Positions 18,782 to 28,893 of a stretch of DNA of 50,545 nt are shown here, piece by piece. The DNA lies in contig JAKLKB010000045.1 in NCBI GenBank assembly GCA_023150835.1, positions 1 to 50,545 of the forward strand, in the 5' to 3' direction. The notes beneath the pieces are model-generated. The model did not search any database. It had not been told where the DNA came from and saw only the letters and a program-made list of their open reading frames with translations. The DNA comes from Myxococcota bacterium. GTDB lineage: Bacteria > Myxococcota_C > UBA6777. The position numbers and the translations under genes are program-made. Each line of letters begins with the position of its first letter. Positions within the stretch are counted from its first letter, which is position 1.

Positions 18782-21700
18782 TCAAACGCGTGTGCGGTAA
18801 ACGCTGTGGATCTCTTGGAGGTGGCGGGGGAGCAAGATCGTCTCTTGCAAAGACGGCCAGTCCAAAACAGCGGCTTCGTTGCGTGCAAGCAGCGTCTTGA
18901 TCTCTTCGCGGGTGTATTCGTTGTGAGCCTTGCTGAACTGCGTGAATTGGAGGCGGATCACCTGATGGTTGTCTCGCAACGCCGCACAGATCGCAGAAAG
19001 CCCCGCCTGACCGATATCGTTGTGCAGCAAGTCCACGCTGCGCAGCACACGGTTCTGACGAAGCAGCCCCGCAAGATGCTCTGCACCTTCATCGCCAAGA
19101 AAGTTTCCAGACTCACCCAAAGCGCCCGTCCCACGCATATAACCGAGATCGAGGTGCAAGAGCGTCGGATGCGCGCACAAAGCCTCCGCCAAGATCGCTG
19201 CCGCCTGTGCGGTCAGACGGTTTGAAGCAAAACTCAAACGTTGCAAAGACGTATTGGCCGCAAGTGCCGGAGCCAACAAACGGATGCCCTCGTCACCAAG
19301 GCGATTGCAAGACAGAAACAGCGAATGAAGCGGTGGCCCCTCCGCCAAACAGCGTGCGATCACAAGAGCCGATCGGGCCGTTAATCCGTTGGCATCCAGA
19401 TACAAATGCCGCAGCGTTCGACTCGCGATCCAACCTTCTTCGAGTGCTTCGATCCCACGATCCAAAAGCCCGCAATTCAACAAGTCAAGGACTTCGAGCG
19501 CAGGGTGGGTTTTGAGCAACGCGGCGATATGCACCATCCCTTCGGCTCCAAGCGGGTTTCGCTTGAGCCAAAGATGCCGCACCTTTGGATCTTCGCCGAT
19601 CGCTTCGGTGACAGCGCGTAATCCGTCGGGCGTGATCTCGTTGCCTGCGATATACCAACCCTCCAACTTCGATCGCCCGCTGCGGATGTACGCGGCGATC
19701 TGACGTGCGCCTTCATCACCCACGATGTTGTTTCCAAGCAGCAAGCGCGTGACGTGACTGCTGTGCTGCATCGCCCCAAGCAAAGGCCCGATGCCTTCGG
19801 GTCCGACCACTTGCTTGCACAGATCCAGCCGTCCATCGGGCAACAGCGTTCCGCGTGTGAACGCAAGCACCTCACGGACAGGGCTATCTTCACGCAACCA
19901 GTCGAGCAAGGGCTCCAATTCTTCACGCGCACAAGGCAACACAGGCTCGGGCGCAGGGTGCAAGATCGGCGCAGGGATGGGATCTTGGCCCAAAAGCACG
20001 CGCTGTCGGCTTTGTTCGTAGATCTGTTGGATGCGTTGGTTGCGTTGGCGATCTGCAAAGTCCAACGACACATGATCGAGGGCCCGTCGAAGATCGCGCA
20101 GCATCCGATGATACCGAGTGTATCGGTACGCTTTGGCTTTTTGCAAACCTTCCTCGGTCCAAGGTTTCATCATCGCGCCCTGCTCAGGCAGCGGCCACAG
20201 CGCCATCGCGATATCGCACGCAAGGCGACACGACTTGTCCACAGCGTTGCGGCGTTTGGGGGCAAACCATGCACAATCACTCGGCCACGCAAGCCCTTCG
20301 AGCGTATGCGGATCGCTGCTGTCCACAGCAAGCCCCTGCTCCAATAAATCCCGATCTGCCGCAAGCTGCGTCGAAAACTGCATCACGATCCACCGATGAA
20401 GCTCTTGTAGCTGCTGATCCACCGCAGCGTTTGTCGCATCGCGATTTTGTGCGTTTTCCTCTGCAAGACGACACAGCCACGACCAACCAAGCACACGCGG
20501 GATCTGCGCAAAAGCTTCTTCGATCGCCGTCCGATGGGGCGTTTCTGTCTCTGCGTTGTACAGCCACAACGCCACCCAAAAACGCGCTGCCGACGCTGCC
20601 TTGTCCGCTTGTTGCAGTTGGCCCACCAACGACAAGATATCCTCTGACCTCAAAGCCGCCGAAGAGAGGGCAGCGAAGGCATCTGTCAACACAGGGAGCA
20701 GCGCAACAGCTTGGTTGTTTTGTGCGCTGGATGTCAGCCAAGTCCATTGTTGGAGCCGTTGTGCAGCCCGCGTGGTGGGGGTTTCCGCTTCTTCTTGGGG
20801 AGCTGTACGAAACTTCTGCACAAAAGCCCGAATCTCTTGAACAGGCCAACGATCGGGCACAAAGTGGCCGCCGCGATGTTCGATCACGACGGCATCTTGG
20901 AAACACGTTGCCAGCGCATGGGTGCGGGTGGGGTCCACCAAGATATCGTTCGCACCGACGATGTGCAACGAAGGGAGCGCGATCTTCCCGGGCTGTAGAA
21001 GCGATCGATGGGCATCCGCCCGCGATGGAAAGCCTGAGATACAGACCACAAAACGCAGCGATAGCCCGAGTTCTTCTCGCATCGCGGCAAGCAGGCCCGC
21101 CAAAGCACCCCCTTGGCTAAAGCCCACGATCCCGTCGAAGGGACCATACAGATCATCCATCTGCTTGATGTACGCAAACGAAAGCTCGATCCCTTCGTAG
21201 GTGGCGTTGCTTTCGTCTGCATTCCACCAACAGCGCTGGTGTTCTGTATCTTGTAGACGCCCAAAAGCCGCCAAGACGGCATCGCGCACTTCACCTGTTG
21301 GATCGTATGGCAGCGGTGCGTTGGCAAAGATCAACGTCGCGTCTTCTTCAAGCGCTTGACGCAACTTGCGTGTACGCGCACGCATCACCCGCGCATTTTG
21401 ACGAAAGCTATGCAAGACCAAGATATTGAGCTTCTTTGGCATGGTGGCAGGTGTCCCTGTTGCTTGGGCCTGCAAACCGATCGCTCGATTTGATCGAGCC
21501 GAAGCGATCGCGGAAAACGCAGCATCGAACGGATTGTTGGTAGATAACGCCGTAGCATCGGTCTGTGCAACGTCGGACAATGCTGTCGTATCGGCCTTCA
21601 CGGCGTCGGACAATGCTGTCGTATCGGGCTGTGAAGCATCGGATAACGCCGTATCATCGGGCTGTGCAGCGTCGGGATGGGTGGCGTCAGACAACGCCGT

Positions 21701-22471
21701 AGCATCGTTCTGCGCGGCGTCGAAATGGACGCTGACAGGCGATGTTGTGGTGTGGGGCTGAACAGAGCGCATAAATCCATACCTCTTGGTTTGGAGGAAT
21801 TCGGCCTCTTCGGGGGTGGTTTGGCGTCCCAAGAGGGCGTTGCGATGGGGATAACGGCCAAAAGTCGTAAGGATCTCCAGATGTTGCAAAGCAGATTGGT
21901 GCATCCGCTCGAATCGTTGGCGTTGTGGGAGGGGACTGTCGTCGATCAAGCGGGCCTTGAGGGCGACAGCTTGACGGACTCGTTCGATATCTTCGGCGTG
22001 TTCGAGCGCAAAGTAAAAGAACAAACGTTCTGCGGGTGCAACAGCGAGGTCGAAGCCTTGTTGGATCGCGTAGAGGGCGATCTCTTGGGCTTTTGCGTCG
22101 TATCGAAACATCGCCGCATCGCCGCGATGGATGTGGCGTGGAAACTGATCGAGCAGCAGCACCAAGGCTAGGCAACCGTGTGCTGTCGGGCGCAGAGCGT
22201 CTAACGCCCCTGTATCCGCAGCGATCACTCCCTCACCAAACCGCTCTTTGATCTCTGCATCGACCGCTGGGCCGCCACGAAACCACAATGCGCTTGGGTG
22301 CTTGTACGTTTGCTCTTTGGGATCTTGTTCTTCGCCAAACCAGTACCGTAAGACTTGGTCTGCGTACGCCCCCGCAAGATCGTCTGGCAACAAGCGACCC
22401 CATGAATGATTTTTTGTTTTTATGGTGTGTTCCTGAGAAAAATTCAAGAGATGAGACAGAAACGGCAACAC
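18782..22471 (-). CDS. Multidomain protein: DUF924 + FSH1-type serine hydrolase + RNI-like leucine-rich repeats
   Basis: DUF924 motifs (LLDQFPRHIHR, LEHAED, FGRYPHRNALLGR). FSH1 motifs (LHSFRQN, GFSQG, GANDILV, GGHFVP). C-terminal LxLxxNxIGDEG repeats. Start codon uncertain. Confidence 0.85.
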   Translation of the reverse strand: MLPFLSHLLNFSQEHTIKTKNHSWGRLLPDDLAGAYADQVLRYWFGEEQDPKEQTYKHPSALWFRGGPAVDAEIKERFGEGVIAADTGALDALRPTAHGCLALVLLLDQFPRHIHRGDAAMFRYDAKAQEIALYAIQQGFDLAVAPAERLFFYFALEHAEDIERVRQAVALKARLIDDSPLPQRQRFERMHQSALQHLEILTTFGRYPHRNALLGRQTTPEEAEFLQTKRYGFMRSVQPHTTTSPVSVHFDAAQNDATALSDATHPDAAQPDDTALSDASQPDTTALSDAVKADTTALSDVAQTDATALSTNNPFDAAFSAIASARSNRAIGLQAQATGTPATMPKKLNILVLHSFRQNARVMRARTRKLRQALEEDATLIFANAPLPYDPTGEVRDAVLAAFGRLQDTEHQRCWWNADESNATYEGIELSFAYIKQMDDLYGPFDGIVGFSQGGALAGLLAAMREELGLSLRFVVCISGFPSRADAHRSLLQPGKIALPSLHIVGANDILVDPTRTHALATCFQDAVVIEHRGGHFVPDRWPVQEIRAFVQKFRTAPQEEAETPTTRAAQRLQQWTWLTSSAQNNQAVALLPVLTDAFAALSSAALRSEDILSLVGQLQQADKAASAARFWVALWLYNAETETPHRTAIEEAFAQIPRVLGWSWLCRLAEENAQNRDATNAAVDQQLQELHRWIVMQFSTQLAADRDLLEQGLAVDSSDPHTLEGLAWPSDCAWFAPKRRNAVDKSCRLACDIAMALWPLPEQGAMMKPWTEEGLQKAKAYRYTRYHRMLRDLRRALDHVSLDFADRQRNQRIQQIYEQSRQRVLLGQDPIPAPILHPAPEPVLPCAREELEPLLDWLREDSPVREVLAFTRGTLLPDGRLDLCKQVVGPEGIGPLLGAMQHSSHVTRLLLGNNIVGDEGARQIAAYIRSGRSKLEGWYIAGNEITPDGLRAVTEAIGEDPKVRHLWLKRNPLGAEGMVHIAALLKTHPALEVLDLLNCGLLDRGIEALEEGWIASRTLRHLYLDANGLTARSALVIARCLAEGPPLHSLFLSCNRLGDEGIRLLAPALAANTSLQRLSFASNRLTAQAAAILAEALCAHPTLLHLDLGYMRGTGALGESGNFLGDEGAEHLAGLLRQNRVLRSVDLLHNDIGQAGLSAICAALRDNHQVIRLQFTQFSKAHNEYTREEIKTLLARNEAAVLDWPSLQETILLPRHLQEIHSVYRTRV

Positions 22472-23099
22472 GGCGACGGTCTGTTCTGCCTAATGGCCTT
22501 CTGCTGCGTGCTGTGCTTGTGTGGATTGGGCGGTGGGTGTAGGTGGATGGGGCTTGGAGTACATCGTCTTTGCTCCTTCGGGTTTTGCGCTTTGTTTCGC
22601 GACGGCCTCGCCTTCTTTGGCAAGCGGCCCGCCTGTGCAGCGGTTGGATGCCGCGAAAAAAGACATATGGCCTTCTTTGGCAAGCCACCGCCCTCCCCCT
22701 ACGCAAACCCCCAACGCAAAGTTCATCCACATCTCTGATAGCAACCCCACAAAACACCATCGGGGTAGCTCAAAAAAAACAAAGTGCCTTGTTTATAAAA
22801 TACTGAACATTAGCACATTTATTTATATGCAACAAGCTACGAGATTTTCAGAAAGTGAAAAGTCTTTTGAATTGTTTTTTGCTACCCTCTGACATGGCTT
22901 CTTTGCTCTTGAAGCCTTTGAGCAGACGCAATTAGCGGTCGATTCGGCGTTTTCATCTCGCTCTCGCATGATTTCTTCGCTATCACAGCCTTTCAACGGA
23001 GGTTCTGTGTGCAAAGAAGCGTACAATCGATTATTGTAAAAAGGCAACAAAATTAATTGCGTATCATGTTTGTGGTTTTTTGACGATGGAGAACACTCT

Positions 23100-24785
23100 G
23101 TGAGAAAGATAGTTTTGATAACGTTTATGCTGTGCTTTGTAGAGATGTGGCCTGCCTATCAGGCTCATGCAAAGCGCTACGCTTTGATCATCGGCGTGTC
23201 AACCTACCGCTACCAACCGAACAAAAACAACCTACCAAGCCCTCGTAAAGATGCGATCCGCTTCCAATCGTTGATGAACCGTTTAGGATTCAAAACAAAG
23301 ACACTCTTGGACAGCGAAGCCACGCCCGAAAACATACGTGAACACCTCAAATGGCTCCAACGAATGGGCCAAAATCCTAAACATACACTTGTTTTCTATT
23401 ATTCTGGGCACGGAGCGCAGATCCCCGACACCAACGGAGACGAACCCGACGGAAAAGATGAAACATTGTTTGCTTATGGAGCAGACCCAAAAGATCCAAA
23501 GCAGCACATCGTCGACGACGAACTTGAGGCATTCACACAAAGCGTGCGTGCAAAAATATTTTATGTGTTGGATAGCTGCCACTCTGGAACAGCCAACAAA
23601 TCCCTTCGTGGCGGAAAAAGTAAAAGACTTTACATCTCTGATCAAAACGAAAAAGAACAAGCCGTCGCGATAAAAATAATGACAGCAAAAAAAGGTAGCT
23701 TTTTTAATCGAAAAGGACGAAAGTCCATCTACGGAACAAACGAACTGCTGCTTTCTGCAGCCCGCAGCAACGAACCCGCACAAGATATGGGAAATGGTAG
23801 TTTGCTGACCAACGCGTTGCTGTACGTGCTAGAAAATCAAGGGACAAACATAACATTTCGCCAAATGTACGAGTCCATCAACAAATATGTAGCAGAAGTC
23901 TCCTTAAACATGGAAAAAAAACGATGCAAAGAAGACCATTCTTGCCGATCGCAAATCGAGCAGGTCATCGAGCAGAAAAAACGAGAGGGCTTCATGCTGC
24001 AACACCCCCAAATGCAAGGACTGCGACGATTAAAAGACTCCCCAGTGTTTTTTCAACCGACCGAATCCGCTCCCGAACACAGGACGGGGCTCAGCTCGTA
24101 TCAAAACCTCGACGTCAAAATCCGAGGATTCCGCGAACAAGCCAAAAAAGCTCTCGTGCATATATTGAAAAATTGGGGAGCCAATCCTTCCGACGAGAAA
24201 GCCGACACGCTAATCGAGCACGATGGCAAAGAACTAAGAGTCCTATTCCAAGGGCATCTTTTTGTTTCTCTGCCCGCCACCCAAAAGCATGCAGCGAAGT
24301 TAATGCCTTCTCTAAAACGTGTCATCACAACCCTTTATTGGTTGAAGAACTGGAAACAACTGGGTCCAAATAGTACAGAAATGCGCGTTGAATTGTTGGC
24401 TCGACAAACGAACGCAGGTTGGCAAAAAGCGATCGACGACACCGTTTACATCAAAACCAAAATCCGTATCCGCATCCTATTCCCAGAACACCCTTGCTTT
24501 TTTACCCTTGCTGTTTTGTCTAACCAAGGAACGATGGATATTCTTTTTCCACAAAAAAATCAATCCAATTATATGTCAGGAAAAAGAGAATTTTTATTCC
24601 CTTCCTCAGGGTACAGTCTTCGTGTTCACCCTCCCCAAGGTATGGGTATGATCATGGCTTTCTGTTCGATGAACAACGATCGCCTGATTACGATAAGAAA
24701 GCGCATCCGCAAAAAAGAACTTCTGCCACCTATACCCTTCCCCCCAGGCATCAAGCACGCCCTTTTTTCATATTTCGTAAAATAA
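23100..24785 (+). CDS. Exported caspase-like protease (Peptidase C14) with a C-terminal DUF4384-like domain
   Basis: Signal peptide ending AHA, then YALIIGV, YYSGHG, DEPDGKDET and LDSCHSG. C-terminal ILFP...FPSSGY.L.V.PP.G. GTG start at 23100 after GGAG. Confidence 0.9.
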   Translation: MRKIVLITFMLCFVEMWPAYQAHAKRYALIIGVSTYRYQPNKNNLPSPRKDAIRFQSLMNRLGFKTKTLLDSEATPENIREHLKWLQRMGQNPKHTLVFYYSGHGAQIPDTNGDEPDGKDETLFAYGADPKDPKQHIVDDELEAFTQSVRAKIFYVLDSCHSGTANKSLRGGKSKRLYISDQNEKEQAVAIKIMTAKKGSFFNRKGRKSIYGTNELLLSAARSNEPAQDMGNGSLLTNALLYVLENQGTNITFRQMYESINKYVAEVSLNMEKKRCKEDHSCRSQIEQVIEQKKREGFMLQHPQMQGLRRLKDSPVFFQPTESAPEHRTGLSSYQNLDVKIRGFREQAKKALVHILKNWGANPSDEKADTLIEHDGKELRVLFQGHLFVSLPATQKHAAKLMPSLKRVITTLYWLKNWKQLGPNSTEMRVELLARQTNAGWQKAIDDTVYIKTKIRIRILFPEHPCFFTLAVLSNQGTMDILFPQKNQSNYMSGKREFLFPSSGYSLRVHPPQGMGMIMAFCSMNNDRLITIRKRIRKKELLPPIPFPPGIKHALFSYFVK

Positions 24786-24812
24786 CCCAACGTCAAAAGG
24801 AGCAGATCGATC

Positions 24813-25343
24813 ATGCATATAAAAAAACGTTTCTTGTTCTTAATCATTGGTTTCATTTTCTTTTCTCTGCCCTCCGCTGCCCAATCAAAAATCGTGATGA
24901 ATGGCTTTTTTTACTTCCTTTTGGTTGATGAGCATGGTCAGGATAAAGCTGTTCCGATGAGCTATGCTCTGAAACACGGACAACTCTACAAGATCCTCGT
25001 CAAACCTTGGCAAAAAACGTACTTTCTAGCTTACCAAATTTCACCAAAAGAGATCCAAAGAATTTCCGTATCTTATCGCAAAGACTACGGCGCATTTCAA
25101 TTTCCCGCAGGAGACGCTTACCTCCGCTATAACGCAATCCTATCCACAAACCGTATTTTGTGGATAGGATTGCCAAAAGATCCAACGAGCAGCCAAAAAA
25201 AGACCCCACCGCCGCCCCAACCTCTCAAAGAAGAGGTCACCCCAGCTCAAACGCTGGAAGCTCCAGCAGGAGCAGGAGAATTTAGACGTATGACTTGGCC
25301 TCTCTCGTGGGTGTTTGATTTCCTACAATTAACCAAAAAATGA
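24813..25343 (+). CDS. Small exported protein, possibly a divergent DUF4384-like domain
   Basis: Signal peptide, LKHGQLYKILVKP and FQFP motifs. Lies in the operon between the caspase and DUF4384 genes. Confidence 0.65.
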   Translation: MHIKKRFLFLIIGFIFFSLPSAAQSKIVMNGFFYFLLVDEHGQDKAVPMSYALKHGQLYKILVKPWQKTYFLAYQISPKEIQRISVSYRKDYGAFQFPAGDAYLRYNAILSTNRILWIGLPKDPTSSQKKTPPPPQPLKEEVTPAQTLEAPAGAGEFRRMTWPLSWVFDFLQLTKK

Positions 25344-25414
25344 ATCGTCTGGTGAAAAGAAGCTTCATGCTTTCAGGCGAACCACCGCGCTTCTACACAA
25401 CGAAAGGAGTCTTC

Positions 25415-26158
25415 ATGAGAAAACATGATTTTTGTTTCGCAAGGTTCGTCTTCGGAATATGCTTTGCCGTCGCGCTGAGTGGCTGTTTTGTACAAGTCAA
25501 AGATTTGTTTTCTTCACAAAATAAAACAGTCCTTCGCTTAACAACGCTGCATTATCGCCATAAAAACGATCCATCCCCAAAGCGCCTCCCTTTGTCGCGT
25601 GCTGTTCAACAACGCTACCAAACAACAGAAGCATTGCGGTTTGAGTTCACCGCTAACAAGCAAGGATTCTTATACGTTCTCCATCGCGATCCAAAAGGAC
25701 AATTTCACGCCCTTTACCCGGCAACCGAAGGAAACGAAGCAGACAGCCGAATCAACGCATACGAAACGTTTCGTTTTCCCAAAAAAGCCAAATTTGTATT
25801 CCGCCCGCCAACAGGTGACGAACACCTCTCCTTTGTGTTCGCATCCTCTTCTCTTTCTTTGGAGGATGCACGTGCTTACGCAGATCGTTGGATGCCTTAT
25901 CTCCCCCGTCATACAGCTATCTTGACCGAACCAACTTCCCCACGCTGCCCTGCGGAATATATGTACTTTAGCAATTGTCAAATTTTGTTTAATAAAAAAT
26001 TAAACAAAACTTTGGTGCTTACTCCTGATCAAGAACGAGATTATCAAGTCACAAGCGAATCAGATTTTTTCTCCTTACCTCAAAATATCCCTGAAAACGA
26101 GTACTTGAGCTATACGTCTGTTTCTTTTCGTTTGTCTCACGAACCTATCCGTCAATAG
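25415..26158 (+). CDS. DUF4384-like lipoprotein
   Basis: AAGGAG RBS and LSGC lipobox. E.LRFEFTANKQGFLYVLHRDPKG..LYP and FRPPTGDEHLSFV. Paralog of 31644-32405. Confidence 0.85.
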   Translation: MRKHDFCFARFVFGICFAVALSGCFVQVKDLFSSQNKTVLRLTTLHYRHKNDPSPKRLPLSRAVQQRYQTTEALRFEFTANKQGFLYVLHRDPKGQFHALYPATEGNEADSRINAYETFRFPKKAKFVFRPPTGDEHLSFVFASSSLSLEDARAYADRWMPYLPRHTAILTEPTSPRCPAEYMYFSNCQILFNKKLNKTLVLTPDQERDYQVTSESDFFSLPQNIPENEYLSYTSVSFRLSHEPIRQ

Positions 26159-26199
26159 GATTCGGTTTGTACTGATCTTCACCAAAGAGGAGTTCATCG

Positions 26200-27693
26200 A
26201 TGAATGTTCGATTTTTTCTACTTTTCAGCTTGCTTTTTTTACTCACGCATTCGCCCAATCCTGCCAAAGCCGCTGGGTATGCCGTGTTGGTCGGTGTGGG
26301 TGACTACAAAATGGAAGACATCCGAGATCTTCCAAGCCCTCCTTCTGATGTTGAAAAAATAAAGAAAATGCTAATCAATGTTTATAAATTTCCTGAAGCC
26401 AATATCCGTGCCTTGGTGGATCGAGACGCGACCAAAGCCAACATCGCACGTGCATTGAGGTGGCTCGCGCAAGCCTCAAAAGAAGGAGATTCTTCCGTTT
26501 TTTACTTTTCAGGGCATGGCTCCCGCGTCAAGGATCTCAACGGAGACGAAGAAGACGGTTTTGATGAAACCATCGTTCCTTATGATGCGACCTTCGCACC
26601 ACAATCCCATGTCATCGACGACGAAATTCAAGCATGGCTCTATACAGTTCGCTCAAAAATTACCATCATTTTCGATAGTTGTCATAGCGGAACAGCGTAT
26701 AAAAGCATGAGAAGAAAAGTCGAACGTTTCTCAGGTTTAAAAAGTGGAGAAAAGCTGTCCATCAAATACTGGGAAAACCGAGTCATCTCTTCAACCAAAC
26801 GCGTCGGTCGTTATAGCGATGGGTTTCGCGCTTTGCGTGTTCAAGCACGCCCCAAAGATATACCGCCAGATTGGAACCGATTGTGGGGCATCGACCCAAC
26901 AAAAGACAGAAAACAGATGCCAGAGATGTCTTTCCTTGCGGCCGCTCTCCCTGAACAATACGCGATCGACGCTGGAGGCTCAATCGGCAGTGTATTTACG
27001 CATTTCTTAACGCGATTCGCCGCGAAAAATCCCGCAGCAAACCCAGAGCAGCTCATCCAATCCATCAATAGCGCGATGCCAGAACGCTTCGCGAAGATGA
27101 TGAAGCCCAACACAGAAGGGCAAACCAAAGTCCCTTTTCTCTTTCAGTCTTCCAACAACATCGAACAACACAACCTTTTAGCGGAGCAACGTGTTTGTGA
27201 AGGTACGTTCTGCGTTGTTGCGCAGATCCAAGACAAAAACGGACAAGTGAGAAATCATTTCGCAAAAGACTCCGAGATCCGCATCGTTTTCAAATTGAGC
27301 CAGCCCGGCTATTTGGTGGTGCTGAACCGAGATGCAAAAAAGCAAATGACTTTACTTTATCCCGACACTTACTACGATACTCTCAGCAAACAAAAACCGA
27401 ATGATGTCTATTTCTACGAAGCACAAAAAGATCACCTCTTGCCTCCTGGAGGCGATCAGTCTGACGGATTTATCAAAGTGAGCGGAGAACCCGGCGATAT
27501 CGAAACAGTAGAGATCCTTGCCGCCCCTCAACAAAAATCCCTACAAAAATTGATTCAAATGAAATCCATGAATTCAGATGGTCGCAAAAGCATAACGCAG
27601 CAGCTTGTATCTCAACACCTCCAAAAGCTAATGGTGCAAAAGCGAAACAATGGCGTCTATATCCGCCTCGCTTTTAAAACAACAGCACCTTGA
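26200..27693 (+). CDS. Exported caspase-like protease (C14) with a C-terminal DUF4384-like domain
   Basis: Signal peptide ending AKA, then YFSGHG, DEEDGFDET and FDSCHSG. C-terminal GYLVVLNRD...LLYP...GEPGDIETV. Confidence 0.92.
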   Translation: MNVRFFLLFSLLFLLTHSPNPAKAAGYAVLVGVGDYKMEDIRDLPSPPSDVEKIKKMLINVYKFPEANIRALVDRDATKANIARALRWLAQASKEGDSSVFYFSGHGSRVKDLNGDEEDGFDETIVPYDATFAPQSHVIDDEIQAWLYTVRSKITIIFDSCHSGTAYKSMRRKVERFSGLKSGEKLSIKYWENRVISSTKRVGRYSDGFRALRVQARPKDIPPDWNRLWGIDPTKDRKQMPEMSFLAAALPEQYAIDAGGSIGSVFTHFLTRFAAKNPAANPEQLIQSINSAMPERFAKMMKPNTEGQTKVPFLFQSSNNIEQHNLLAEQRVCEGTFCVVAQIQDKNGQVRNHFAKDSEIRIVFKLSQPGYLVVLNRDAKKQMTLLYPDTYYDTLSKQKPNDVYFYEAQKDHLLPPGGDQSDGFIKVSGEPGDIETVEILAAPQQKSLQKLIQMKSMNSDGRKSITQQLVSQHLQKLMVQKRNNGVYIRLAFKTTAP

Positions 27694-27768
27694 TGTTGTA
27701 AAATTGACCGAAATACCCCTCAAGCCGCGCCGCTCAGCGCCTTTCCTCTTGATTGCTCCGATGACAGG

Positions 27769-28704
27769 ATGACCCAAATGAATCAAACTTTTTTTTATTC
27801 TGCCAAAATTTTTCTTTTTACACTCGTTTACTCATCAAATAGCTTCGCAATTGATTGTAAAAAAGAGCTTAATAAATTCAAGAAAACATCTGGGCTTTCA
27901 AAAAACCAAATCTATGCTTCCTTTTTGAAACTATCTCATTTTTTACTCAAAAACGAAGCATGCCGTGACTATCCATCCGCCATGCAAGTGGCGCACTGGG
28001 CAAAAGAATTGAACGACGTCGACACCGAATTAAATTTTTTGACCATGGCGCGTCGGTATGCCCCTTCCACCCCCACCAAGCCCCCTCCGTCCAAAAAATA
28101 CGATGGCATTCGTGGTCTAATGCCTCCCAAAAAACAAGAAAAACCCGACCCTTTTACTGAAAGCCAACAGAAAGTGCAACAAAAAATCCAGCGATGGTTA
28201 TCACAAAGGTTTCCTCCGCAGGTGGCTGCTTACCGAGAAATGAGATTGGTTGTGGTACGTCGCGTTTTAAAACAAGCCAAAACCCGCACTGTCGGTTGCT
28301 CTCCGAAAAAGAAGATGCTTCAACAGATCTTGTCGCAACAGAAAACACAACAAAACCTTCTTTTGCCCATGAAGATATTGTTTAAGCTGAACAAAGCTCA
28401 TATCGATGAAAATAGCCGCACTCTTTTGGAGATCCTAGCCAAAGAGCTTCGATCGATCCTTCCGCTCTCTGAGTGCATCCTCGTTCTTGGACATACAGAC
28501 CCTTCTGGAATACCCGCTTACAACGATTGGCTGTCAACACGACGCGCACAACGCGTTATTCAGTTTTTTCACCAACACCAACTCTCTTCGGGTTTCTTTT
28601 TGGCGCATGGAATGGGTTCTTCTATGCCAAAGAAAAGCAGCTCAAACAAAGTGGATCGATTCGCCAGTCGTCGTGTTGAATTCGCTGTCTTTCTCAAACG
28701 ATAG
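27769..28704 (+). CDS. OmpA-C (peptidoglycan-binding) domain protein
   Basis: Signal peptide, then ILFKLNKAHI, GHTDPSG..YNDWLSTRRA, GMG and RRVEF. Confidence 0.88.
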   Translation: MTQMNQTFFYSAKIFLFTLVYSSNSFAIDCKKELNKFKKTSGLSKNQIYASFLKLSHFLLKNEACRDYPSAMQVAHWAKELNDVDTELNFLTMARRYAPSTPTKPPPSKKYDGIRGLMPPKKQEKPDPFTESQQKVQQKIQRWLSQRFPPQVAAYREMRLVVVRRVLKQAKTRTVGCSPKKKMLQQILSQQKTQQNLLLPMKILFKLNKAHIDENSRTLLEILAKELRSILPLSECILVLGHTDPSGIPAYNDWLSTRRAQRVIQFFHQHQLSSGFFLAHGMGSSMPKKSSSNKVDRFASRRVEFAVFLKR

Positions 28705-28893
28705 CCTTGATAGTACGTGAGGAGATGTACAGTACATTTACACATCGATTTTGATGTACCGCAAACCGAGTCAAAAATGGATCAAATTAGACACGAAACA
28801 ACTCTCATTTTTCAAGCTTTATCAGTCCATCTATCCGAGCGGCTTTCGCGGTCGGATCTTCGTTTCGCTTTCCCCCTGTCAGGAGATTGATCG

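Noticed and set aside
22480-22750. Short ORFs and a repeated GCCTTCTTTGGCAAGC upstream of the DUF924 fusion
   Set aside because: Only two clear short copies, with no recognisable protein or RNA structure. Too weak to call.
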